Positions 24,736 to 35,388 of a DNA stretch of 64,000 bases are shown in pieces. Source of the DNA: Minisyncoccota bacterium (lineage in GTDB: Bacteria > Patescibacteriota > Minisyncoccia > Phycocordibacterales > UBA5272); assembly GCA_041666645.1 (NCBI GenBank), contig JBAYGN010000001.1, positions 31,625 through 95,624 of the forward strand. The letters run 5' to 3'. The notes below the pieces were generated by a model, which saw nothing but the letters and a program-made list of their open reading frames with translations, was not told the origin of the DNA and ran no database searches. Position numbers and translations under genes: made by a program. The number at the start of each line of letters is the position of its first letter. The stretch's first letter is position 1.

Positions 24736-25185
24736 TTATGAACGAATACGTTTTGTTAAAAGAAATACAACGTAAGCTACACATCCTCCAACCACAAAGC
24801 CAGCAACAATGTCATACCAGAAATGAACACCAGACAAAACCCGCGCAATTCCTGTTATACCAGCAAGAGTAAAGATAATTGCTCCAGCTCGTTTATCAAA
24901 ACCGTAAAGACTCCAAGCTAGTGCAAACATAAAAGTCGCATGCCCTGATGGAAAACTATAAAGACTATCTGGCGCAATTAAAGCTCCAGTCAAATCTGGA
25001 CGTGGGTGGGCAATAATATTTTTCAAAAGATGTGCAACAACCCATGCCAAAACCGCAGACCCAAATATTAAAGCAATATGTCTAACATGATGCCTACGTT
25101 CATGTTTCAAAATAATATGCACAAAGGCATATAGTGCTGAAATAAAAATAAGACCATTCGCACAAAAAATTATAATTTGATTCAT
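24736..25185 (-). CDS. PAP2-family phosphatase (undecaprenyl-diphosphatase-like)
   Basis: 149 aa, membrane protein with PAP2 motifs KNIIAHPRP, PSGHA and SGVHFWYD. Confidence 0.75.
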   Translation of the reverse strand: MNQIIIFCANGLIFISALYAFVHIILKHERRHHVRHIALIFGSAVLAWVVAHLLKNIIAHPRPDLTGALIAPDSLYSFPSGHATFMFALAWSLYGFDKRAGAIIFTLAGITGIARVLSGVHFWYDIVAGFVVGGCVAYVVFLLTKRIRS

Positions 25186-25214
25186 GATAAAAAGTATATC
25201 ATCTACAACTCACC

Positions 25215-27063
<1,849 letters not shown>

Positions 27064-27111
27064 TTAAAAGCAAAATAATGAGCTTAGTTTTCTGAGCGCA
27101 TTATTTTGCTT

Positions 27112-27960
27112 TTACGAAGACATTGCTATAGTTCCACTTGTTATTTCTGCAATTTCTTGTGTAACCTGCCCTTGACGAGCGCGGTTAAAATAAAGTTTCA
27201 AGTCATCCTGAAGTTCTTTCGCGTTGTCTGTTGCGCTTTTCATGGCGAACATTCGAGCAGAATGTTCGCTCGCATAACTTTCAAGCACTGCTCCATAAAT
27301 AATATTGTGAATCATCATCGGGATAATTCTTGATAACACTGTTTCTTGGTCTGGCTCATAAGCATATTTAGGTTCACCGTGTGTACTTGGTTCGCCGTCT
27401 GAAGAAAATGGTAGAAGTTGAAGTATTGTTGGAGTAAAAACACTTCCAGACGTAAAGTGTGTGTATAGAATACGCACCGTTCCAATTTTCTTCTCTTTAT
27501 ACCAATTAACAATCATTGTAGCTGTAGCGTGCGCATCTTCAGAAGTTAATACTGGATGATTAAATGATGCCAGAGTTTCTGCGTGAAGTTTCTTGGCAAC
27601 TTTCTCAGAGTATTTTCCAAAAGCAACTACTTTCAAATTTTTCCTTTCATTTTCATCGTAAGCTTCCAATAGTTTACGGTATATGTTTACGTTATAACTA
27701 CCACATAAACCTTTGTTTGAAGCAACAATAATAAGAACTTCACTACTTACACCGTTGTGTAACAATAATTCATGGCGAATTATTGGGTCAAGGGAAATAT
27801 CCTTAAGTACATTTTGTGCTTCCTCATGAAATGGGCGGAGGGTATGGGCATTTTCAATAGCCTTTTTCATTTTTGCAGCAGAAACCATCTCCATGGTTTT
27901 GGTGATTTTTTTTATACTACCGACACTTTTAATTTTTTCTTTAATAACTTTTGTTTGCAT
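27112..27960 (-). CDS. atpG: F1 ATP synthase subunit gamma
   Basis: 282 aa. N-terminus IKSVGSIKKITKTMEMVSAAK and C-terminus ITQEIAEI fit gamma. Confidence 0.9.
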   Translation of the reverse strand: MQTKVIKEKIKSVGSIKKITKTMEMVSAAKMKKAIENAHTLRPFHEEAQNVLKDISLDPIIRHELLLHNGVSSEVLIIVASNKGLCGSYNVNIYRKLLEAYDENERKNLKVVAFGKYSEKVAKKLHAETLASFNHPVLTSEDAHATATMIVNWYKEKKIGTVRILYTHFTSGSVFTPTILQLLPFSSDGEPSTHGEPKYAYEPDQETVLSRIIPMMIHNIIYGAVLESYASEHSARMFAMKSATDNAKELQDDLKLYFNRARQGQVTQEIAEITSGTIAMSS

Positions 27961-27977
27961 ATAGCTTTACCCAATTT

Positions 27978-29480
27978 TTATGCGCTGTTACCGTGCTGAT
28001 GAACAAACGACTCAAGAGCACCTTTCAACTCATTTTCTATTTCATCGTTCCAATCTTTTTCAATGGATGTAAGTAAGTCTTTGTGTGACGTAAGCATGAA
28101 TACATGCATATCCTTTTCCCAAGCAGAAACATCAGACGCTGGAATTCCATCAACGAACCCGTTGTTCACAGAATAAACAGACATAACTTGAAGAGCTGTG
28201 CGAAGAGGGTTACCGTTTGTTTGTTTTAACATTTCCTGTGTACGCTTTCCCCTTTCTATTGTCCGTTTTGTATCAATATCTAAATCACTATCAAATTGTG
28301 CGAAAGATTCAAGTTCACGATATTGAGCCATAGCAAGCTTCATTTTACCTGCGTTCTTTTTCATAGCCTTTGATTGTGCTGATGAGCCTACACGTGACAC
28401 AGAAAGCCCAACATCAATAGCTGGTCTCATACCCTTATAAAAAAGGTTTGCGTCTAGGAAGATTTGTCCGTCTGTAATAGAAATAACGTTGGTTGGAATA
28501 TAAGCCGATACGTCACCCGCTTGAGTTTCAATAATTGGAAGGGCTGTAATAGAACCACCACCAGCATTTTCATTTCTACGGCACGCACGCTCAAGCAATC
28601 GTGAGTGAAGATAAAAAACATCACCAGGGTAAGCCTCGCGTCCTGGTGGGCGCTTAAGAAGAAGAGACATCTCACGGTAAGCAACAGCATGCTTTGAAAG
28701 ATCATCGTACACAACAAGAACATCTTTCTTTTTATTCATGAAATATTCTGCGATGGCAGTACCAGAGTATGGCGCTAAATATGAAAGCGTGGCTGATTTT
28801 GAAGCGCCAGCAAGAACCACTACGGTGTATTCCATGGCACCAGAAGTTCTAAGTTTTTCTACGATTTGTGCAATTTTTGATTCCTTTTGACCAATAGCAA
28901 CGTATATGCAAATAACCCCAGAACCTTTTTGGTTTATAATTGTATCAACAGCGATTGTTGTTTTTCCTGTTTGGCGGTCACCGATTATAAGCTCACGCTG
29001 TCCACGTCCAACTGGAATCATCGCATCAATTGCCTTCACACCTGTTTGCATAGGAACGTTAACTGGTTCACGATCCATAACGCCTGGTGCAATTTTTTCT
29101 ACAAGCTCTACGTTGTTTAATCCTGTTAACTTTTCACCGTCAAGAGAGTTCATTAGCGGGTCAACGACACGACCAAGTAGCGCTTCACCAACTGGAATAG
29201 ATAACACACGTCCAGTGCGTGTTACCTCCTCACCTTCACGTACCATATCACCACCAGACACTATAACAATACCCACCATATCAGACTCTAAGTTAAGCGC
29301 GATACCCTTAGCACCTGAAGCAAATGTTACTTCTTCCATACTCGCACAAGAAAGTAGTCCTGTAACACGCGCGATGCCATCACTTACAGAAACAACATTA
29401 CCAACCTCGTTTACTGAGACAGTGGTTGATATATCTGCAATTTTATTTTCTAGCTCTTTGATTATTTTTTCTACTGACAT
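27978..29480 (-). CDS. atpA: F1 ATP synthase subunit alpha
   Basis: GDRQTGKT Walker A, VYDDLSKHA, PGREAYPGDVFYLHSRLLER. Confidence 0.95.
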   Translation of the reverse strand: MSVEKIIKELENKIADISTTVSVNEVGNVVSVSDGIARVTGLLSCASMEEVTFASGAKGIALNLESDMVGIVIVSGGDMVREGEEVTRTGRVLSIPVGEALLGRVVDPLMNSLDGEKLTGLNNVELVEKIAPGVMDREPVNVPMQTGVKAIDAMIPVGRGQRELIIGDRQTGKTTIAVDTIINQKGSGVICIYVAIGQKESKIAQIVEKLRTSGAMEYTVVVLAGASKSATLSYLAPYSGTAIAEYFMNKKKDVLVVYDDLSKHAVAYREMSLLLKRPPGREAYPGDVFYLHSRLLERACRRNENAGGGSITALPIIETQAGDVSAYIPTNVISITDGQIFLDANLFYKGMRPAIDVGLSVSRVGSSAQSKAMKKNAGKMKLAMAQYRELESFAQFDSDLDIDTKRTIERGKRTQEMLKQTNGNPLRTALQVMSVYSVNNGFVDGIPASDVSAWEKDMHVFMLTSHKDLLTSIEKDWNDEIENELKGALESFVHQHGNSA

Positions 29481-29491
29481 GGTAATGTTTG

Positions 29492-29839
29492 TTATTTAAT
29501 AAATTCTTTAATTATTCTTTCAGCGCTTCCGTCGTATAATCTCCCTTTAAATCTAGCCTTAAACCCTGCTAGTAGTTTTTTATTGATAATTACTTCGTGT
29601 GGAGCAAGGTCATTTCCGATAATTCTTTTAATGCGAGCTATTGCGTCTTTATTAATTTCAAACGGAGATTCTATCAAAATGGTTTCGTTTTTATTGTTAT
29701 TACAGCTTATTTGTTTAATATCTTTCAATACCGAAGGAAGAATAGATAAAAGATTATAGGAACTAAGGGTTTCCGTTAGGTCTTTTATACTTATATTCTT
29801 TTCTAAGATTGTTTGAGCTATTTTACGGGATAAAGTCAT
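29492..29839 (-). CDS. atpH: F1 ATP synthase subunit delta (short, 115 aa)
   Basis: Position between atpF and atpA. The C-terminus (GFKARFKGRLYDGSAERIIKEF) resembles the delta C-terminal pattern. Confidence 0.6.
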   Translation of the reverse strand: MTLSRKIAQTILEKNISIKDLTETLSSYNLLSILPSVLKDIKQISCNNNKNETILIESPFEINKDAIARIKRIIGNDLAPHEVIINKKLLAGFKARFKGRLYDGSAERIIKEFIK

Positions 29840-29874
29840 AAGTAGATGGTGGAAAATGGAAAGTAGGTAAAATT

Positions 29875-30372
29875 CTATGCGTTCATCTTTGAAATAAATG
29901 CATTATTTTCAACCTCCGTCATTTCTTTTGCGAGTGTTTTAGCATACAATTTTGCAACCAATTCTGGAGCTTGTTCAGCAAAACTTTTTTCAACATTTTC
30001 CTTGAGATTTTGTTCTTTAAGATGCAATTCTTGCATGCGATTATTAGCTTCTAATTCAGCCTCCTTGCGAATATTTGAAGCGATAGCTTGCGCATTTGTC
30101 TCAGCAGTTGCCAAAATATCTCTACTTTCTTTGTGTGCTTCTTTAACTATTTTTTTCTTTTCTTCCTCTGCGTTAGCTAAAGATTTTTCTGCATCAGATG
30201 CGTCAGAAATACCACGTTCAATAACGCCGTGACGGTGTTTTATGACTTTACCAATCTTGCCAAAAAAGAACTTGTTTAAAATAAACAAGATTATAAGGAA
30301 GTTTATAAAGTTTGCTAAAGCAACGTGCCAATTAAATCCTAGCGAACCGAGAATGTTTAGAATTTGATCCAT
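29875..30372 (-). CDS. atpF: Fo ATP synthase subunit b
   Basis: 165 aa, single N-terminal TM helix followed by a long charged helix. Operon position fits. Confidence 0.8.
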   Translation of the reverse strand: MDQILNILGSLGFNWHVALANFINFLIILFILNKFFFGKIGKVIKHRHGVIERGISDASDAEKSLANAEEEKKKIVKEAHKESRDILATAETNAQAIASNIRKEAELEANNRMQELHLKEQNLKENVEKSFAEQAPELVAKLYAKTLAKEMTEVENNAFISKMNA

Positions 30373-30446
30373 AAAGAATAATGGTTAGGAAGTTGTTCAT
30401 TCTTCGTTAAGAATTTCCCAACAAAGAACAGCCTAACAACTAACGG

Positions 30447-30665
30447 TTACTTAAGCAGGAAGAATGCCACAAGTGCAAAAATCGCCGTTGTTTCTGTCAT
30501 TGCCACGCCGATAATCATTTTTGAAAAAAGTGACCCTTCAATATCTGGATTACGTCCGATAGCTTCCATCGTTTTACCCACTAAGTATCCTTGTCCGATA
30601 GCTGTTCCAACCATCGCGAGAATCGTCATTCCTTTTGCTATATAAATTGCTGCTTCTGGGGTCAT
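30447..30665 (-). CDS. atpE: Fo ATP synthase subunit c
   Basis: 72 aa hairpin proteolipid: GQG...AIGRNP loop and a carboxylate in helix 2 (MTETTAIFALV). Confidence 0.9.
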   Translation of the reverse strand: MTPEAAIYIAKGMTILAMVGTAIGQGYLVGKTMEAIGRNPDIEGSLFSKMIIGVAMTETTAIFALVAFFLLK

Positions 30666-30859
30666 ATAAATACAGTTGTTAGTTTTTAGACGTTAGAAGT
30701 TGGATAATCCAAATACGTTTCGTATTCAAATACATCCACAATCTAACACCATTTCAATAAAAATTCGCCTTTCGGCTTTGGTTTGGAGTATATCAGAAAA
30801 AATACTTTTTTGCATTTCTCCTGTGGAGGAACGGTTAGAGGTTACTCACTGTGGCAATA

Positions 30860-30888
30860 AAAAAGAGCCTGCTTGATCACAGACTCTT
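30860..30888 (-). terminator. intrinsic terminator after the inserted ORF, inside the atp operon
   Basis: Minus strand: AAAAGAGUCUG-UGAUCAAG-CAGGCUCUUUUUU (7-bp stem with one G-U, then a U-run). Confidence 0.6.
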
Positions 30889-31218
30889 TTATGCGGCCTT
30901 TCGGTTGGCCTGCCTTGCTTCTTCCTTTTCCCTACGTCTTTGTTCATTACGGTAATCATCTCCCGGACACACTGGGAAATGATACTTCCTTACCTTCACA
31001 ATTTCTTTCCCCGTCTCAAGAGATATCGTTATGGAAACTTCTCGAACATATGACATTCCTCCTGAGATTGGGTCGAAACACTTGCAGCAGACATGTTCTC
31101 TCCACGCCGTATGAAGACGGGATTCAAGCTTCCGAAAATTTCTGGATGCCTTTTTCTTTGCTTTTTCTTTTGCTTGCCTAAAGGCAAGTAGATCTGTGAC
31201 GATCATAATTACCTCCAA
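30889..31218 (-). CDS. hypothetical charged Cys-containing protein inserted between atpB and atpE
   Basis: 109-aa ORF with RBS GGAGGT 6 nt upstream. Contains CCKC...C and a Lys/Arg/Glu-rich N-terminus and C-terminus. Visibly G+C-richer than the flanking atp genes. Confidence 0.6.
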   Translation of the reverse strand: MEVIMIVTDLLAFRQAKEKAKKKASRNFRKLESRLHTAWREHVCCKCFDPISGGMSYVREVSITISLETGKEIVKVRKYHFPVCPGDDYRNEQRRREKEEARQANRKAA

Positions 31219-31277
31219 TAAGAATATAAAAACAGGACACCTGTCCCTAAACTACCACAAACAAAAAGAGAAACAAA

Positions 31278-32105
31278 TTAATGCTCCCCGTGTTCTTTTT
31301 TAAGAACCAAAGAGTAGTACACCGTCACGAGCGCGACGAATACGATAGATTGAACAACTCCAACGAGTAATCCCATTCCCATCCAAATAGCTGGAACAGC
31401 AACAGAAAAAGCGCCGAGCAAAATAACTGTTAGAACTTCGTGAGCAAACATGTTTCCAAAAAGTCGAAGTGAGAGTGATAATACTTTTGCGAGTTCACTG
31501 ACAATTTCAATTAAACCCACGAAGAATCCGACAATGGAAGTCATCCCTTCTCCAAAACTTTTCTTGAACCCCTTAATAACTTGTTTAATTTGAATAAAAT
31601 GTGAAAGATAGCCAAATACTCCCTGTTCACGTATACCTATAACCTGCATTGTTACAACCACAGCAAGAGCTAAGCCGAATGTAGTATTAAAATCTGTTGT
31701 AGCTCCGCGAAAAAGTGGGAAATGTTCCCCGTCAATGGTTATATAAAAACTACCAATCAAAGGAAACATCGGAAGTAAGTTCGCAATAATTAAATATGTC
31801 ATTATTGCCCCGACATATGGCACAATTTCCTTTGCGCGTTCTTTGTTTCCAACAATTGAAGCAATAAATGAATCAACCATCTCATAAAATATTTCCAACA
31901 GGTGTTGAAATTTATTTGGAATCAATTTAGAACGCGATACGGAGATACAAAGTATGATAAAAATCAATGTTATAAACATTGTCGTAATCGTTGATGTGGC
32001 GATAGTTAAAGGTCCAACATTGCCAAGCGTTGGAGATATGATTGTAGGAATTTCTTCGCGAACATGAAGAACAGTAGATTGTTCGACTGTGTGAATATCT
32101 GCCAT
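31278..32105 (-). CDS. atpB: Fo ATP synthase subunit a
   Basis: 275 aa polytopic protein with the conserved LSLRLFGNMFAHE motif. Confidence 0.9.
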   Translation of the reverse strand: MADIHTVEQSTVLHVREEIPTIISPTLGNVGPLTIATSTITTMFITLIFIILCISVSRSKLIPNKFQHLLEIFYEMVDSFIASIVGNKERAKEIVPYVGAIMTYLIIANLLPMFPLIGSFYITIDGEHFPLFRGATTDFNTTFGLALAVVVTMQVIGIREQGVFGYLSHFIQIKQVIKGFKKSFGEGMTSIVGFFVGLIEIVSELAKVLSLSLRLFGNMFAHEVLTVILLGAFSVAVPAIWMGMGLLVGVVQSIVFVALVTVYYSLVLKKEHGEH

Positions 32106-32151
32106 AATGAACGCAATTCTATCATAAAATGATAGATATTTCCATTGCTAA

Positions 32152-32727
32152 TTATTTATGATGCTCTGATTTTTCGTAAATAAAATAAAGTGTAAGCAAT
32201 CCAAAAAAAAGTGTTACAAAAACCATAATACTTTTGAAATCAAACCACTGCATGAGAGTCATTGTTCTTCTAACGTATTCATTAATGACAGCAACTATTA
32301 TAAAAAAACCAATCCAAATATAAGTTAATTTGTTCCACGCTTGATTTGTCATTGGTAAAACATCATGAAAGGCCAATTTCAAAAAGGAAACATTAACCAT
32401 AAGACCTATAAGTAGAGTCAGTGCTGACGTAATGTCGTACAAAGTGTCTCGCATTTGAATAAATTTAGGCTGATGGTTAATTATAGTCATGTAACCAAAC
32501 ACAAGAGTAAGAAAAGCTACATATAGAGCAATATAAGGCAATCTCTTCTGAATACGATAAGTGGCAACGGTAGAAATAATAGTTGCAATCATTAAAATAA
32601 AAGTTGCTTTGTATATATGTAAATAATGAAAAGATAATAAGAATATAAATATTGGACCAAACTCAAGAGTGATTCCAATAATAAGTCTATTAAGTGCTAC
32701 GAGGGAAAATCTAGAAAAATTGATCAT
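32152..32727 (-). CDS. polytopic membrane protein, IspZ/YciB-like (tentative)
   Basis: 191 aa with 5-6 TM segments. Family call rests on weak pattern similarity only. Confidence 0.35.
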   Translation of the reverse strand: MINFSRFSLVALNRLIIGITLEFGPIFIFLLSFHYLHIYKATFILMIATIISTVATYRIQKRLPYIALYVAFLTLVFGYMTIINHQPKFIQMRDTLYDITSALTLLIGLMVNVSFLKLAFHDVLPMTNQAWNKLTYIWIGFFIIVAVINEYVRRTMTLMQWFDFKSIMVFVTLFFGLLTLYFIYEKSEHHK

Positions 32728-32758
32728 GATATACTGTTACAATACATTATAAACCACT

Positions 32759-33535
32759 ATGCGAAAAATCAAACATTATTTTATGGTATTTACAGAATAT
32801 TTAACAAAAAATCTTACCGATTTTACATCTTTTAAGTTTACAACCCCTACCGCTATTATTTTTAGTGCAATTATTATTTCTGTCAGTATTATAGGTCACG
32901 GTGTGATTGTTAAAGCAAATGAATCAGCCGCTCAAGTTTCTATGTTCAACGGAAGACCAGTTGATAAAACTGATTACATAGAAGGAAATCCTGATAGTAA
33001 AGTTGTTGTAATAGAATATTCAGACCCAGAATGTCCCTATTGTGTAAAACTACATCCAACAACAAAAGAACTTCGCGATAAATATTCTGACAAAGTCGCT
33101 TTTATTTATCGTCATTTCCCTTTAATATCAATTCACAAAAACGCACTTGATGAATCACGAGCTATTGCTTGTGCCGGAAAAATTGGAGGGGCAAAATCAT
33201 TTTATGAATATATAGACATGTTGTATGGTAATAAATTTTCTAAACAGGACCCAAAAACTGGTTATGTTCCACCATTACCACAAGACGCCAAGGAACTTAT
33301 GGCAAAAAGTCTAGGGCTTGATATTGGGGAATTTTCTCTATGTATGAGCAACAAAGAATCTGAAAATATAGTTAACGACTCTATCGCGGGCGGAGCTGAA
33401 GCCGGTGTGCAAGGAACACCTTCCACTTTTGTCCTTGTTGAGAATAAAAAAGGGTACGAAATTGTTTCAATGATAGATGGAGCAAGAGACATATCATTCT
33501 TTGAAGCAGCTATAGAAGAGGCCTTAAGTAGGTAA
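32759..33535 (+). CDS. DsbA-family thioredoxin-fold thiol:disulfide oxidoreductase, membrane-anchored
   Basis: 258 aa with an N-terminal TM helix and CPYC active site (YSDPECPYCVKLHP). Confidence 0.8.
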   Translation: MRKIKHYFMVFTEYLTKNLTDFTSFKFTTPTAIIFSAIIISVSIIGHGVIVKANESAAQVSMFNGRPVDKTDYIEGNPDSKVVVIEYSDPECPYCVKLHPTTKELRDKYSDKVAFIYRHFPLISIHKNALDESRAIACAGKIGGAKSFYEYIDMLYGNKFSKQDPKTGYVPPLPQDAKELMAKSLGLDIGEFSLCMSNKESENIVNDSIAGGAEAGVQGTPSTFVLVENKKGYEIVSMIDGARDISFFEAAIEEALSR

Positions 33536-33550
33536 CCTCTTTTAACATAC

Positions 33551-33579
33551 TTTACAACGATGTTTATTGGGTATAGTAT
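33551..33579 (+). promoter_or_regulatory. candidate promoter TTTACA-17-TAGTAT
   Basis: TTTACA 33551-33556, TAGTAT 33574-33579. The -10 context TATAGTATT is shared with promoters at 36464 and 56807. Confidence 0.4.
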
Positions 33580-33666
33580 TGGATTTGGCAGGCCCTTTAT
33601 AGTAAAAGTTTCCCTGTTAAAAAATGGTGTTAAATTGTAACTTTTTGATAAGAAACGAGGGTAAAA

Positions 33667-34080
33667 ATGACGGCAGAACAAGGTCAAAAAAACCTGGGAA
33701 CACAATTGGAACAATCCCTTCTCCGGCTTGCCGGTCAAGAAGGGTCATTGCTTGTGTTGAAAATCGACAAACTCATCAATACCAAATGTGGCAAATCGCC
33801 AATTAACCGTACGGATGTACACGAAAGTCGCCAAGTCAATATTGGCGACCTGTCTCACGTGTTTGTTGGAAACGGTGAAGAAGTCGGCTTGTGTGTTCGC
33901 CTCATATTTGGCGAGTACATGTATGCCAACTGTGGCGAAAAGGCACAACAAGTGATTGCTTGGGCAGTTGGTGCCTCAGCAACACGACTTTCCTCAAAGA
34001 TTCCAACCTTTCCGGATACTTGTTTTCAGCAAGTCGTCGGTAAAGTGAAAATCGTCAATGAGGAAATTGTGCTAGCCTAA
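33667..34080 (+). CDS. hypothetical protein (G+C-richer orphan cassette)
   Basis: 137-aa ORF with RBS GAGGG, its own candidate promoter and a strong terminator. No motif recognised. Confidence 0.55.
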   Translation: MTAEQGQKNLGTQLEQSLLRLAGQEGSLLVLKIDKLINTKCGKSPINRTDVHESRQVNIGDLSHVFVGNGEEVGLCVRLIFGEYMYANCGEKAQQVIAWAVGASATRLSSKIPTFPDTCFQQVVGKVKIVNEEIVLA

Positions 34081-34111
34081 ATCTCTTCGTGAGAAATGTA
34101 GGCAAAAATAG

Positions 34112-34147
34112 ACGGAGTACCCCAAAGTACTCCGTTTTTCTTTTTTA
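34112..34147 (+). terminator. intrinsic terminator
   Basis: ACGGAGTAC-CCCAAA-GTACTCCGT followed by TTTTCTTTTTT. Confidence 0.75.
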
Positions 34148-34189
34148 TATTTTATAAACTTCTTTTTGGAAAAGGCTATATATTAAATA

Positions 34190-34654
34190 TTAAGAACAAT
34201 TTTTACAAGTACCATATATTTCCACTGAGTGTGTTGTTGTACTTTTAAACTTCTTGCTTTTTTTAAGCATTTTTTTCACAGTATCATCAATTGATATCCC
34301 TTCAATTTTTTCTATTGTTTCACACTTACCGCAAACAAGCTGGTGTGAGGCTCTCCCAGTTTCTAGTTCGTAGTGAGCGTGTCCGTGATTAAAATCCAAT
34401 CGACGAAGTAGTCCAGCTTCATGAAGTGAAGCTAAGTTACGATACACAGTCGCTTGATCAATGTTTTCTTTTTTACGAAGTGAGTCTACAAGTTCGTATA
34501 CGGTTATAGGTTGACGCACACGGGAAAGAAAATTAAGCACCGCCAAGCGGTGGTCTGTTACGCGAAGCCCAGCCTCTTTAATCATAAATATTAAATCTTC
34601 TTTTGAATACTTAGCCATATATTTATATAATAACATGTTAATTACTTGTTGCAA
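34190..34654 (-). CDS. Fur-family metalloregulator (likely Zur)
   Basis: RVTDHRLAVLNFL, ATVYRNL and HGHAHYEL are typical of the family, and two CxxC pairs are present (CGKC...CKNC). The real start is probably Met13 at 34618, because the longer ORF overlaps the operator-like palindrome. Confidence 0.75.
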   Translation of the reverse strand: MQQVINMLLYKYMAKYSKEDLIFMIKEAGLRVTDHRLAVLNFLSRVRQPITVYELVDSLRKKENIDQATVYRNLASLHEAGLLRRLDFNHGHAHYELETGRASHQLVCGKCETIEKIEGISIDDTVKKMLKKSKKFKSTTTHSVEIYGTCKNCS

Positions 34655-34665
34655 GTCACTTGCAA
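34649..34665. promoter_or_regulatory. perfect 8-1-8 palindrome TTGCAAGT-C-ACTTGCAA, candidate Fur/Zur operator
   Basis: Located between the divergent fur-family gene and the ZIP transporter gene (start 34718). Confidence 0.45.
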
Positions 34666-34717
34666 GAATACCTAAAATAAACTATAATTTATGGTAATTA
34701 ATTTTCGACAAAAATAA

Positions 34718-35386
34718 ATGACATCAAATTTTATTCTCATGACAATTAGCGCGACTGCGTTGCCTCTTCTTGCCTTTATGTCGCTTATATTGCGTAGAAA
34801 TATTTCCAAAGGATATTGGAAACTGTTTTTCCTTACGGTCGGTCTTTTGCTTTTAATTGTTGCTGTTTTAAATACATTCAAAGAACACGGTGAAGAGTTA
34901 ACTTATTCAGATGCTTTTGTCGGTGCAATTACAGCAATTATAACTATTTTTATACTCTCAAAATTTAACCATGGACATAACCACACGGCAGAAGCAGAAG
35001 GTGCTAAAGGTATTGTTATTAGCGAAGCTTTTCACTCTCTTATAGACGGAGCTGTTATAGGCGCAACTTATCTAGTAAACCCTTTGATTGGGTACGCTGC
35101 AACAATTGGTATTATTACTCATGAATTACCAAAAATAATCGGCACAATTACTGTACTTAGAAGTTTTGGACTTTCAATTAAAAAAACGATTACTTATGGA
35201 ATATTTGCACAAATTGGGTCACCTGCAGCAGCTATGTTTGTGTACATGTTCGGAAAACAATTTGACCAGGAAAAATTCCATGCCCTAGAAATAGCAAGTA
35301 TTTCATCTCTGGCGGCAATAGTGCTTTGGATTATCTATTTAGAAATAAAATTCCACCTTCGCCACCCAGAAGACCACAACCACTAA
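34718..35386 (+). CDS. ZIP-family divalent metal (zinc) transporter, ZupT-like
   Basis: 222 aa polytopic protein. His-rich loop (NHGHNHTAE) and HELPKIIG motif. Confidence 0.7.
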   Translation: MTSNFILMTISATALPLLAFMSLILRRNISKGYWKLFFLTVGLLLLIVAVLNTFKEHGEELTYSDAFVGAITAIITIFILSKFNHGHNHTAEAEGAKGIVISEAFHSLIDGAVIGATYLVNPLIGYAATIGIITHELPKIIGTITVLRSFGLSIKKTITYGIFAQIGSPAAAMFVYMFGKQFDQEKFHALEIASISSLAAIVLWIIYLEIKFHLRHPEDHNH

Positions 35387-35388
35387 AG

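Noticed and set aside
28906-29499. 197-aa plus-strand ORF; similar long antisense ORFs occur at 55653..56171, 22807..23295 and 33262..33738
   Set aside because: They are antisense to strongly supported genes (atpA, clpB, smc, the dsbA-like gene). They have Ser/Pro/Thr-rich, low-complexity translations typical of shadow ORFs.
34651-34659. GCAAGTGAC (reverse complement) in the fur/ZIP palindrome is identical to the 9-bp hairpin arm of the Gln unit
   Set aside because: A 9-mer match is expected by chance at about 0.5 per 64 kb on two strands, and the contexts are unrelated.
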